This document shows positions 37,604 through 47,061 of a stretch of DNA of 64,000 bases, in pieces (position 1 is the stretch's first letter; every line of letters starts with the position of its first letter). The stretch comes from an uncultured SAR86 cluster bacterium. GTDB taxonomy: Bacteria > Pseudomonadota > Gammaproteobacteria > Magnimaribacterales > AG-339-G14. Made by a program: the position numbers and the translations under genes. The stretch covers positions 5,969 through 69,968 of the forward strand of contig CACMKG010000001.1 of assembly GCA_902614235.1 (NCBI GenBank), read 5' to 3'. Under the pieces are notes generated by a model. It had not been told where the DNA came from and searched no databases. It was given only the letters and a program-made list of their open reading frames with translations.

Positions 37604-38866
37604 ATGAAAGATAAAAATAACATTTCTGATTTGAAAGCTATCTTAGATAGTGCGCAAGCTACAAAAGAAGAGCTTAGAAGCGCTTCTAAAAATCAAAAAG
37701 ATGAATCTTTAAAAAAAGCTGCAGAAAGCATTGATTCCAGTAGAGAAACTTTAAAAGCTGCTAACGAAAAAGATATGGAGGCTGCGAGTACTTTGAACTT
37801 ACAAGATAGCTTTATTGATAGATTAAAGCTAGACGATAAACGAATTGATTCAATGATTTCTGGATTAAAAAAAGTTATTGATTTGAATGATCCTGTTGGA
37901 GAAATGACAGATAAATCTACATCTCCTTCAGGATTTTTAGTTAGCAAAATGCGAGTTCCTTTAGGAGTGATTGGAATAATTTATGAATCTAGACCAAATG
38001 TAACCGCTGATGCATCTGCGCTTTGTTTGAAATCAGGAAATGCTTGCATTTTGAGAGGAGGAACAGAAGCATCTGAGACTAATCAAGCTATTGAAAAATG
38101 TATGATTGATGGACTTGTTGCAGTTGATTTGCCAAGTGAAGCGATACAGTTATTAAAAAATCAAGATAGAGAGTTAGTAACTCAATTAATCAAATCCGAA
38201 AATCAAGTAGATTTGATAATTCCAAGAGGCGGAAAAAGTTTGATCAAAGTGATCGCAGAGAATTCTATGGTTCCGGTATTAAAACATTATGAAGGATTAT
38301 GTCACGTATACGTTGACGAAAATGCTGACCTAAATAAAGCTATTGATATTTCTTTGAATGCCAAAGTTTATAGATATGGAATTTGTGGTGCAATGGAAAC
38401 TCTTTTAGTTGCTAAATCTATCGCAAATGAATTTTTGCCACTGATTTTCGATGAGTTTAAAAAATACGAAGTTGAATTGAGGGGATGTGAAAAGACTAAT
38501 GAAATTATAAATATAAACCCAGCAATCGAAGAAGATTGGAAAACTGAATATCTTGAGCCGATTCTTTCTATAAAAGTTGTGGACGGTATTAGTGAAGCTA
38601 TCAGCCATATAAATCATTTTGGTTCTGGGCATACAGATTGCATCGTTACCGAAGATGATTCTGCAAAAAAAATATTTTTGACTAATGTTGATTCTAGTTC
38701 TGTAATGCATAATTTACCTACTTGTTATGCCGACGGGTTTGAGTATGGTTTAGGGGCTGAAGTAGGTATATCTACAGACAAACTTCATGCAAGGGGTCCA
38801 GTAGGTCTTGAGGGCCTTACAAGTCAAAAATTCATTGTTGAAGGATCCGGTCAATTAAGAAAATAA
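37604..38866 (+). CDS. proA: gamma-glutamyl phosphate reductase
   Basis: Start moved from 37565 (TTG) to the ATG at 37604 (MKDKNN...). Motifs VPLGVIGIIYESRPNVT and catalytic CGAMETLLV. proA-nadD order as in Pseudomonas. Confidence 0.92.
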   Translation: MKDKNNISDLKAILDSAQATKEELRSASKNQKDESLKKAAESIDSSRETLKAANEKDMEAASTLNLQDSFIDRLKLDDKRIDSMISGLKKVIDLNDPVGEMTDKSTSPSGFLVSKMRVPLGVIGIIYESRPNVTADASALCLKSGNACILRGGTEASETNQAIEKCMIDGLVAVDLPSEAIQLLKNQDRELVTQLIKSENQVDLIIPRGGKSLIKVIAENSMVPVLKHYEGLCHVYVDENADLNKAIDISLNAKVYRYGICGAMETLLVAKSIANEFLPLIFDEFKKYEVELRGCEKTNEIININPAIEEDWKTEYLEPILSIKVVDGISEAISHINHFGSGHTDCIVTEDDSAKKIFLTNVDSSSVMHNLPTCYADGFEYGLGAEVGISTDKLHARGPVGLEGLTSQKFIVEGSGQLRK

Positions 38867-38873
38867 TATTTGA

Positions 38874-39506
38874 ATGTCTAAAACCATAGGAATTTTCGGG
38901 GGAGCTTTTGATCCCGTTCATATTGGACATTCTAAATTAGTGTTAGATATTCAAAATATTATTGATTTTGAAAAAATATTTATAGTGCCATCGGGGAATC
39001 CAGTCTTCAAAGATTCTCATTTTATTGATTCAGAAAAAAGAATTGAAATGCTTAATATAGCTTTCAAAGATATTGAAAATGTTTACATAGATAATCGAGA
39101 AACTTTAAAAAAAGGAGTTTCTTTTACCATTGAAACTTTAAAGGAATATCGAAGCGAATATAGAAAAGAACAACATTTTAGTTTAATTTTAGGACATGAC
39201 GCTTTTGCCTCTTTCAAAAGCTGGAAGAATTGGAGTGAGATACTTAATCTTTCTTCTCTAATTGTAGTTAGTAGACCTAATTGTGATTTTCTAGAAGGTT
39301 ATTTGGATGATTTCAAAAAAAATATTGCTTCATCAAATTCTGATTTTTTAAGCGGGCATGGAAAAATTAATTTTTTGGAAACTTCTCTACTTGATATTTC
39401 TTCCAGTGATGTTAGAAAAACAATTAATAATCAAGATTTTAAGCAAGATATTTTAGATGCAGATGTTTATGAGTACATTAAAAAAAATTCTCTTTATAAA
39501 AACTAA
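38874..39506 (+). CDS. nadD: nicotinate-nucleotide adenylyltransferase
   Basis: IGIFGGAFDPVHIGH (HxGH nucleotidyltransferase motif) and ISSSDVR near the C-terminus. Confidence 0.9.
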   Translation: MSKTIGIFGGAFDPVHIGHSKLVLDIQNIIDFEKIFIVPSGNPVFKDSHFIDSEKRIEMLNIAFKDIENVYIDNRETLKKGVSFTIETLKEYRSEYRKEQHFSLILGHDAFASFKSWKNWSEILNLSSLIVVSRPNCDFLEGYLDDFKKNIASSNSDFLSGHGKINFLETSLLDISSSDVRKTINNQDFKQDILDADVYEYIKKNSLYKN

Positions 39507-39830
39507 ATGGATAAAAAACTAAAAAATCTTTTAGAAAAAAATTTAGAGGAATTAAAAGCTATCGATACCAAAATTTTAGATCTTTCTAAAATTGATGCTT
39601 TTACAGATCAACTAATTATAACTACTGGTACTTCCAAGCCACACATATCTGCAATTTCCAAAAAAATTACCGAAGTTTTAAAAACAAATAAAGTTAAAGT
39701 TTATGGATATGAAGGCAGAGGTTCGAAAGATTGGGTATTGATAGATTTAGGAGAAGTTGTATTAAATATCATGTCATCCTCTGCAAGAGAATTATACGAT
39801 CTAGAAAGTTTGTGGGACCCTAATCTGTAA
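39507..39830 (+). CDS. rsfS: ribosomal silencing factor RsfS (iojap-like)
   Basis: 107 aa. DWVLIDLGEVVLNIM and LYDLESLW motifs. Follows nadD. Confidence 0.88.
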   Translation: MDKKLKNLLEKNLEELKAIDTKILDLSKIDAFTDQLIITTGTSKPHISAISKKITEVLKTNKVKVYGYEGRGSKDWVLIDLGEVVLNIMSSSARELYDLESLWDPNL

Positions 39831-41638
39831 TGTCTATTTTTGATAATAAAAAAGATTCAAATGAAACATATAGAATTATTATTTTTTTAAGCCCTTTTTT
39901 AATTTTACTTTTTTTAGCTTTTTTGCAGATATTAAACCTTTCGTATTTTAACTCTGACAAATTTAAAACTCAGTCAGAATCAAATAGATTGTATCAATCA
40001 AAAATTATCCCCCAAAGAGGATTTATTTTTGATTCAAAAAATACACTGCTAGTTGAAAATAATATCCAACAAGATTTAGAAATTAATCCTAGCTTTATAG
40101 AAAATCCTAGGATTTTTTTAAAGCAAATTGCTGATTTGCTTGAATTGAATTTAAATAAAATCGAAAGTGATTTTTATATCAGAGCAACGGGTAAAAGCCC
40201 TAATGAACCATATATTTTAATTAAGGATTTGAATGAAAAACAAATTGCAAAACTTAGTGTTAATTTAAAAAAAATTAAAGGAGCCGAAATTATCTCTTCA
40301 TTTTCTAGAAATGTGATTCATAAGGAAGTAATGGCTCCAGTCATTGGGTATGTTGGAAATATTTCAAGAGAGGATATTTTTTATAATCCGGAATTGTCAC
40401 AATTTAAAAGTTTAAAAATCGGAAAGACTGGCGTTGAGAAAGATTTTGATTCAATTCTTCGTGGAAACATGGGTTACAGAATTCAGGAAAGAGACTCAAA
40501 TGGTAAATTAATCAGAAATATTTCTTTAGAACCACCTATAAAAGGAAAGGATTTACAACTATCGATTGATTTAGATCTTCAAAAAAAGCTTTTTTCTGAT
40601 TTTAATGGCAGAAAAGGAGCTTTAGTAGCCATTGAGCCTAAAACTGGTTTAATTAGAGCGCTTATAAGCTCTCCAACTTATGACCCAAACTTGTTAAATA
40701 CAATTAATGATTATGAAGAAGTAAAAAGCCTATTTGCTGACAAAGACAGCCCCCTTTTCAATAGAGCTTTATCAGGACAATATCCTCCAGCATCAACATT
40801 AAAACCTTTTGTGGGAATGGCTGCCTTGGAAGCTGAAACGATTTCTTGGGAAAAACAAATTATTGATTCTGGTGAGTATTATGTCGAAGGAGATGAGAGG
40901 CCTTATAAAGGTTGGAAAGAGGGTGGACATGGAAATGTCGATATGAAAAAAGCAATTGTAGAATCATCAGACGTTTATTTTTACTCCTTAGCGTATGACC
41001 TTACGATAAATAATCTTTCTCCTTTTTTGGAGAAATTTGGTTATGGAAAGCAAAGTGGATTGACTGAAAATGAAGCTAAAGGAATTTTGCCATCAAGAAA
41101 ATGGAAGTTGGGATATATCGGCGAAGCATGGTTTAAAGGAGACACTATAAATATGGGAATTGGACAAGGTTATATTACGGCAACTCCGATACAAATTGCG
41201 TTAGCTTATGCAGCGTTGGCAAACAAAGGAGAAATAGTGAAGCCAAGAATTATCGAAAAAGTTGGAAACGACTCTACGGAAAAAGTTTCAAAATTAAATA
41301 TATCTCTTAGTGATAATAAAAATTGGAAAAGAATAGAAGAAGCCCTGTTAGGAGTTGTGGAGGCATCAAACGGAACGGCTAATAATATTTATGATAGAAA
41401 TATTAGAATCGCAGGAAAAACTGGAACAGCTCAAGTGAAGAGTATTGGTGAGACTGAATATAAATTTCTTAGAGAAGATGAGTCACTTAGAGATCATGCG
41501 TTATTTGTTGGATATGGACCAGTCGAAGATCCAAAATTAGTTGTAGTAGCAATAATTGAAAATGGCGAATCCGGCAGTGCTGTGGCTGCACCTCTTGTCA
41601 GAAAAGCGATTAATTTATATTCAAAAAATGAGAAATAG
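39830..41638 (+). CDS. mrdA: penicillin-binding protein 2 (elongasome transpeptidase)
   Basis: PBP dimerisation domain plus transpeptidase motifs (PPASTLKP = SxxK, SSD, KTGTAQ). 602 aa. Followed by rodA. Confidence 0.93.
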   Translation: MSIFDNKKDSNETYRIIIFLSPFLILLFLAFLQILNLSYFNSDKFKTQSESNRLYQSKIIPQRGFIFDSKNTLLVENNIQQDLEINPSFIENPRIFLKQIADLLELNLNKIESDFYIRATGKSPNEPYILIKDLNEKQIAKLSVNLKKIKGAEIISSFSRNVIHKEVMAPVIGYVGNISREDIFYNPELSQFKSLKIGKTGVEKDFDSILRGNMGYRIQERDSNGKLIRNISLEPPIKGKDLQLSIDLDLQKKLFSDFNGRKGALVAIEPKTGLIRALISSPTYDPNLLNTINDYEEVKSLFADKDSPLFNRALSGQYPPASTLKPFVGMAALEAETISWEKQIIDSGEYYVEGDERPYKGWKEGGHGNVDMKKAIVESSDVYFYSLAYDLTINNLSPFLEKFGYGKQSGLTENEAKGILPSRKWKLGYIGEAWFKGDTINMGIGQGYITATPIQIALAYAALANKGEIVKPRIIEKVGNDSTEKVSKLNISLSDNKNWKRIEEALLGVVEASNGTANNIYDRNIRIAGKTGTAQVKSIGETEYKFLREDESLRDHALFVGYGPVEDPKLVVVAIIENGESGSAVAAPLVRKAINLYSKNEK

Positions 41639-42734
41639 TCCGTTAAGTTTTTCTGTAAATTTAAAAATCGACAAAAGTCAAAATAATTCTTCTCAATTTG
41701 ATTATTGGATTTTATTTAGCATAATTTTTCTTTGTTCTTTTGGATTGGCGATGATTTATAGTTCTAGTAACTCACTAGAGATGACTATAAGGCAGGGCGC
41801 TTACTTTTTTTTAGGGCTTATAGGAATGTTACTTTTAGCATTTTCAAATTTCAGAAAAATGGAAGTCTTTTATTTGCATAGTTTTTGGCCGGCTTTATTC
41901 CTTCTTATTATTGTTTTATTTTTTCCATCAGAAAACTCTAAAACTAGTAGATGGATAGATTTAGGCTTATTCACATTTCAGCCTTCAGAGCTAATGAGAT
42001 TTATTTTACCAATATCTGCTGCGTCCTTTCTAACTAAAAATTTAAAGACCAAAATGAAAGATATGTGGCTTGTAATTTTTGTTACTTTAATATGTTTCTA
42101 TTTAGTTGCTATTCAGCCTGATTTAGGGACTTCTATTATTATTTTATTAGCTGGCTTATTGCCAGTTGTCATATCAGGTTTTCCTTGGATTTATATCTTT
42201 TTTGGAGGATTTTTAGCCACGCTATCTTTACCTTTAATTTGGATGAGTTTATACGATTATCAAAAACAAAGAATATTAACTCTATTTAATCCCGAAGCTG
42301 ATATTTACGGAGCAGGCTGGAATATAGTTCAATCAAAAATAGCCGTTGGCTCAGGCGGATTATTTGGCAAGGGTTTTTTAAATGGCTCTCAAAGTCAATT
42401 AAACTTCATACCAGAAAGTCATTCAGATTTTATTTTTTCTGTTATCGCAGAAGAGTTTGGTTTGTTAGGCACTAGCATTCTTTTTCTTATTTATGGAATC
42501 TTAATTTACAGATTATTGATGGTCTCATTTTACAGCTCTAATAAATTTGCAAAAATTGTTTCAGGGACTTTATCAATAATTCTTTTAGCGTATATTTCTA
42601 TTAATATCTCTATGGTAATAGGCTTACTTCCAGTTGTAGGCATGCCTTTACCATTTTTAAGTCAGGGAGGAACTGCATTGGTAGTAAATTTGTTAACGAT
42701 TGGTATTATCTTGTCGCTCAGAAAAGAGGTTTAG
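41628..42734 (+). CDS. rodA: peptidoglycan glycosyltransferase RodA (SEDS family)
   Basis: Start moved from 41556 to the ATG at 41628 (MRNSPLSF), an 11-nt overlap with mrdA. Motifs FQPSELMR, QPDLGT, PESHSDFIFS and GMPLPFLSQGGT. Confidence 0.92.
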   Translation: MRNSPLSFSVNLKIDKSQNNSSQFDYWILFSIIFLCSFGLAMIYSSSNSLEMTIRQGAYFFLGLIGMLLLAFSNFRKMEVFYLHSFWPALFLLIIVLFFPSENSKTSRWIDLGLFTFQPSELMRFILPISAASFLTKNLKTKMKDMWLVIFVTLICFYLVAIQPDLGTSIIILLAGLLPVVISGFPWIYIFFGGFLATLSLPLIWMSLYDYQKQRILTLFNPEADIYGAGWNIVQSKIAVGSGGLFGKGFLNGSQSQLNFIPESHSDFIFSVIAEEFGLLGTSILFLIYGILIYRLLMVSFYSSNKFAKIVSGTLSIILLAYISINISMVIGLLPVVGMPLPFLSQGGTALVVNLLTIGIILSLRKEV

Positions 42735-43706
42735 ATGAAAACATTTTTTTACTTGTTTGCGGTTCTGTTTCTTAGTCATTTGTCGTTTGCTAATTATCTT
42801 GATAGGGACGATGTTCAAGATTTTATAGATTTCATGCATATTGAACATGGCTTTTCAAAAGAGTATGTTTCTAAAACTTTATCTCAGGCAAGTAAGCAGC
42901 AAAACATAATAGATTTAATGAATAACCCTTCTGAAAAAGTAACTTCTTGGGATGATTATAAAAAAAGGGTTTCAATAACTAGAATTCAAAATGGAATAAG
43001 ATTTATAAAGGCTTATAAAAAGTGGTTTATAAAAGCCGAAGAGGAGTTTGGAATCCCTCGAGAAGTAATAGCAGCAATAATTGGGCTAGAAACTAATTAT
43101 GGCGGCTATAAGGGAAATACGAGAGTAATTGATGCGCTAGCTACAGCTGCATTTGACTATCCAAGAAGAAGAAACTTTTTTAAAACTCAATTAGAGGAGT
43201 TTTTTTTATTAACTAGAGAAGAAAATTTTGATCCTCTTGTCATCAAGGGCTCTTATGCTGGAGCCATGGGTTTTGCACAATTTATGCCTGATAACTATAG
43301 AAGACTTGCAGTAGACTTCGACGGCGATGGAAAAAAAGATATTTTAAGTAATCCAGCAGATGCAATTGGAAGTGTTGCTAACTTCCTGAGTTCTACCAAA
43401 GGAAATAAGAGAGGTTGGGAAAGAAATGGATTTATTGCTATCGAGGCAGATCCAAAAAAAAGAAATAAATCTATAAAATCGTCCTTTAAGTTAAGGTCTT
43501 ACGAAGATTTAGATATTAAAGCAAAAGAAAATTTTGATTTTAATGATGAATATATTCAGATTTCATTATTCCCAAATGACGATTCAAAAGATGAATTTTG
43601 GCTTGGAGATAAAAACCTTTACGCAATAACAAGATATAATCCTAGCAGCAAATATGCAATGACTGTCTTTCTTTTAAGTGAACAAATAGCAAAAATAGGA
43701 AATTAA
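42735..43706 (+). CDS. mltB: lytic murein transglycosylase B family
   Basis: IIGLETNYG catalytic Glu region and YAGAMGFAQFMP motif. Signal peptide. Sits after rodA as Pseudomonas sltB1 does. Confidence 0.85.
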   Translation: MKTFFYLFAVLFLSHLSFANYLDRDDVQDFIDFMHIEHGFSKEYVSKTLSQASKQQNIIDLMNNPSEKVTSWDDYKKRVSITRIQNGIRFIKAYKKWFIKAEEEFGIPREVIAAIIGLETNYGGYKGNTRVIDALATAAFDYPRRRNFFKTQLEEFFLLTREENFDPLVIKGSYAGAMGFAQFMPDNYRRLAVDFDGDGKKDILSNPADAIGSVANFLSSTKGNKRGWERNGFIAIEADPKKRNKSIKSSFKLRSYEDLDIKAKENFDFNDEYIQISLFPNDDSKDEFWLGDKNLYAITRYNPSSKYAMTVFLLSEQIAKIGN

Positions 43707-43708
43707 AT

Positions 43709-44860
43709 ATGAAAAAAATAGCTCTGGTTTTTCTTTTAATTACACAAAATATTTTTTCTCAGGCTTTAATACCAAATCCTCCAGAGGTTTCTGCAACAAG
43801 TTTTCTTCTTATTGAAGCAAAAACTAAAACAGTCATAACATCAAACGAACCAAATCAATCAACTGGCCTTGCCAGCATCACTAAAATAATGACCTCTTAT
43901 GTTGTGGCTGATCAAATTTCTAAAGGGTTTATAACAGAAGATACTATGGTAGACATAAGTGAAGAATGCTGGCGCATGGAAGGATCACGAATGTTTATAA
44001 AAGAAGGAACCGAAGTATCCATTTCAGAATTACTTAAAGGAGTAATTATACAATCTGGAAACGATGCTAGTTGTGCATTGGCAGAAAAAATAGCAGGCTC
44101 TCAATCCGCATTTGCAGATCTAATGAATAATTATGCTGAACAATTAGGTTTAGATAATACGAATTTTGTAAATCCAACAGGGCTTCCTGATATTAATCAC
44201 TACTCTACGGCTAATGATATTGCAAAACTCAGCATAAGATTGATAGAGGATTTTCCTGACAACTATGCCTTATTCAAGGAGAAGGAATATACATTCAATA
44301 ATATAAGGCAATTAAATAGAAATAGTCTTTTATGGCAAGACGACTCAATTGATGGAATAAAAACCGGACACACAAATGATTCGGGTTATTGTTTAGTTGC
44401 TTCGGCAAAAAGGGATGAGATGAGGCTGATTGCAGTAACTTTAAATAGTGCTTCTGAGAAAACAAGATTACAAGACAGCAGACGGCTACTAGATTATGGT
44501 TTTAGGTTTTTTAAAACCAAAAAAGTCTTGTCAAAGTCTCAGGAAGTCTCAACTGTTGATGTCTGGGCTGGATCAAAAGATAAATTGTCTATTGGCCCAA
44601 AAGAGGATATTTATCTGACACTGACAAAACCTCAATTTAAAAATATAGAGATGATAGTTTCTAAAAATCTTGGAATAACTGCTCCGATTGAAGAAGGAGA
44701 TGTGATAGATAGGTTGGATATTTCAATTAACAATGAAGTTAACTCTTCTTTTGATTTAGTTGCTCTTGAAAACATCAATACAGAAGGATTCATATGGCCG
44801 TATCTAGAATCATTAGCCTTTTATGTATATTCTTTTTTCATGCAAGATGAAGTCAAATAG
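43709..44860 (+). CDS. D-alanyl-D-alanine carboxypeptidase (PBP5/6 family, DacA/DacC-like)
   Basis: SITK (SxxK), SGND (SxN) and KTGHT (KTG) motifs. Signal peptide. C-terminal PBP5 domain. Confidence 0.9.
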   Translation: MKKIALVFLLITQNIFSQALIPNPPEVSATSFLLIEAKTKTVITSNEPNQSTGLASITKIMTSYVVADQISKGFITEDTMVDISEECWRMEGSRMFIKEGTEVSISELLKGVIIQSGNDASCALAEKIAGSQSAFADLMNNYAEQLGLDNTNFVNPTGLPDINHYSTANDIAKLSIRLIEDFPDNYALFKEKEYTFNNIRQLNRNSLLWQDDSIDGIKTGHTNDSGYCLVASAKRDEMRLIAVTLNSASEKTRLQDSRRLLDYGFRFFKTKKVLSKSQEVSTVDVWAGSKDKLSIGPKEDIYLTLTKPQFKNIEMIVSKNLGITAPIEEGDVIDRLDISINNEVNSSFDLVALENINTEGFIWPYLESLAFYVYSFFMQDEVK

Positions 44861-45694
44861 ATGTCAGTCTGTTATTTAAATGGAGAATTTCTAAATTTAA
44901 AAGATGCAAAAATTTCTCCCCTAGATCGAGGATTTCTATTTGGCGATTCTATATATGAAGTCTTTGCCGCCTACGATAAAAAAGCTTTTAAAATTGAAGA
45001 GCACCTTGATAGATTTTTTGTTAATTTAAAGGAAATTAAGTTAACGTCTAATATCTCTCGTCAAGAATTAAAAAACATCATTGAATTGGTAATCCAAAAA
45101 AATGAACTAAGTAATCAAATCATTTATTTGCAAATCTCGAGAGGTTACGAAGCAATTAGAAACCATATACCAAACATCAAATCCGAATCGACCGTTTTCA
45201 TTTGTTCTTTTCCTTTAAAAGATTTGCCAAACCAAAATTCAAATAAAGTAAAAATAAGTTTAAGAGAGGACTTTCGTTGGAGAAAAAGTAATGTTAAGTC
45301 TACGTCTCTGCTGGCAAACGTACTTTATAAAATTCAGGCGAATGAAGAAAATTTTGATGAAATCGTTCTTTACGATAATGGCTTTATTACTGAGGGCTCT
45401 GTTAGCAATGTGTTTTGTGTAAAAGATAAGAAAGTAATTACGCCTTCTTTACAGAATAATATCCTTCCAGGAATCACAAGATCAGTGATAATTGATATCG
45501 TCAAAAAATTAAAAATTCCTATTTCGGAATCAAGAATGAGTGTTGAAGATTTAAAGATCGCTGATGAAATCTGGATTACAAATACAACCAAAGGAATACT
45601 TCTGGTCTCTGAAATTGACAAAAACAAAGTCACTTGTGTAGGCGAAATTTTTAAAAAAGTACAAGAAAAATTTATCCAAGAAACTCTGGCTTGA
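44861..45694 (+). CDS. class IV aminotransferase, D-amino-acid transaminase-like
   Basis: DRGFLFGDSIYEV, EDFRWRKSNVKSTSLLANVL and ITEGSVSNVF parallel Bacillus D-AAT blocks from memory. PabC or IlvE-like alternatives are not excluded. Confidence 0.6.
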   Translation: MSVCYLNGEFLNLKDAKISPLDRGFLFGDSIYEVFAAYDKKAFKIEEHLDRFFVNLKEIKLTSNISRQELKNIIELVIQKNELSNQIIYLQISRGYEAIRNHIPNIKSESTVFICSFPLKDLPNQNSNKVKISLREDFRWRKSNVKSTSLLANVLYKIQANEENFDEIVLYDNGFITEGSVSNVFCVKDKKVITPSLQNNILPGITRSVIIDIVKKLKIPISESRMSVEDLKIADEIWITNTTKGILLVSEIDKNKVTCVGEIFKKVQEKFIQETLA

Positions 45695-46592
45695 TAAATT
45701 CAATAATTATTCTTTCAGCACTTTTCCAAAAATTATCATTGCCTTTTTTAAAATTGACATCCAAAGAAGCTATCTTTTTTTTGAAATAAATAATTTGATT
45801 TGTGTTTAATTTACTTGTTTTTGTTTTTAGATTTTCTAGGTAATCAAACGGTCCACTAAACTTAGAAGTTGAATCTTCTTTCAAAAAAGAAATTCTCTCT
45901 ATTTCTCTAAAAAGGCCCCAAATAATAAGGGCTTCAGATCCTCTTTGAAGTTTAAGATGCTCAAGTATTTTTAGAGATTCTTCAAGATCTCCTTTTAAGA
46001 TGGAATTAGATAAATTAAAAATATCGAAATTTGAGTTTTCAGAAATGAAATTACTTTCAGAATTATTGTTTAAAGTTTTAATCATTTTCAATTCTTGATA
46101 GGAAGAAACTAAATTTCCTTGAGTTTTTTCAATAATTAGATCGATTTGTTCTTCAGAAATCGAGATATTAAATCTTTTCGAAAGATTCTTAAGCCAAGTT
46201 TTTTTTTGGTTGGGCCATATTTTTTGAACTTCAACTTCTTCACCATAATTTAAAAGTTTTTTAAACCAGACTCTAGTTTTGATTCTCTCTATTCCTATTA
46301 CAGAAATAACTAAGCTGATTGTTTCTGATAAGTTTTTACAGAATTCTTCCAATAACTCTCCCTCGCCTTTAGATGGAGAATTTTCTAGCCTGAGATCGAT
46401 TATTTTTTTTGAAGAAAATAAGTCACCGAGTTGTTCTGTCATTAACTCTTCATAAGAAAAAGAATTTTTGGAAAAAAAAATTTCTCTTTCTTCATAGCCA
46501 TTCTTTTTTAATTCAAAGACTAATCTGTTCCTTTCAAGCTCTATAAGAAAATCTTCCGGACCATGAACAAGAAATATATTTTTTTTAATCAT
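45672..46592 (-). CDS. holA: DNA polymerase III subunit delta
   Basis: 306 aa with the usual N-terminal FLVHGPEDFL start. Assignment relies mainly on leuS-lptE-holA synteny. Confidence 0.75.
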   Translation of the reverse strand: MIKKNIFLVHGPEDFLIELERNRLVFELKKNGYEEREIFFSKNSFSYEELMTEQLGDLFSSKKIIDLRLENSPSKGEGELLEEFCKNLSETISLVISVIGIERIKTRVWFKKLLNYGEEVEVQKIWPNQKKTWLKNLSKRFNISISEEQIDLIIEKTQGNLVSSYQELKMIKTLNNNSESNFISENSNFDIFNLSNSILKGDLEESLKILEHLKLQRGSEALIIWGLFREIERISFLKEDSTSKFSGPFDYLENLKTKTSKLNTNQIIYFKKKIASLDVNFKKGNDNFWKSAERIIIEFIKPEFLG

Positions 46593-47058
46593 TGAAGTAT
46601 AAATAAAGAAAATTTCTGAGTTGATTTTGAGCTTTAAAAAAGAACATTAATCGAAGTTCTTCCATTTTTTTTTCATTTGATAATATTTTATTTGTATCAT
46701 ATGGAAAAATTTCCGAAGAACGAAAATTAAATTCTCTGCTTTTACTAGAATTACTAATTTGCATAGAAATTTCATAATCCATCGTTCCGGTTGCAGCAAA
46801 GAAATTTCTATCTGTAGCTCCAGTAAATTTAGTAATTGTATGTTCAAGAATTGTTATTTTTATATCAGCATCCCTAGAATCTGAAAATTGAAAGTTTAAA
46901 AAACCACCTTTCTTTCGCATTTCACTTATAAATTGATTATTTAATAAAGTCTCTTCGTAAAAAATAAAAACTTCAAAAGGTTCTTTCTTAGAAGAATCTA
47001 TTGGTGAAAATCCACAAGAAATCAAGATGAAGGATATTAAAACAACTAAAGGCTTCAT
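46585..47058 (-). CDS. lptE: LPS-assembly lipoprotein LptE
   Basis: Lipobox LISCGF and 157 aa length. Located between leuS and holA as in E. coli and Pseudomonas. Sequence itself is poorly conserved. Confidence 0.7.
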   Translation of the reverse strand: MKPLVVLISFILISCGFSPIDSSKKEPFEVFIFYEETLLNNQFISEMRKKGGFLNFQFSDSRDADIKITILEHTITKFTGATDRNFFAATGTMDYEISMQISNSSKSREFNFRSSEIFPYDTNKILSNEKKMEELRLMFFFKAQNQLRNFLYLYFND

Positions 47059-47061
47059 TTA

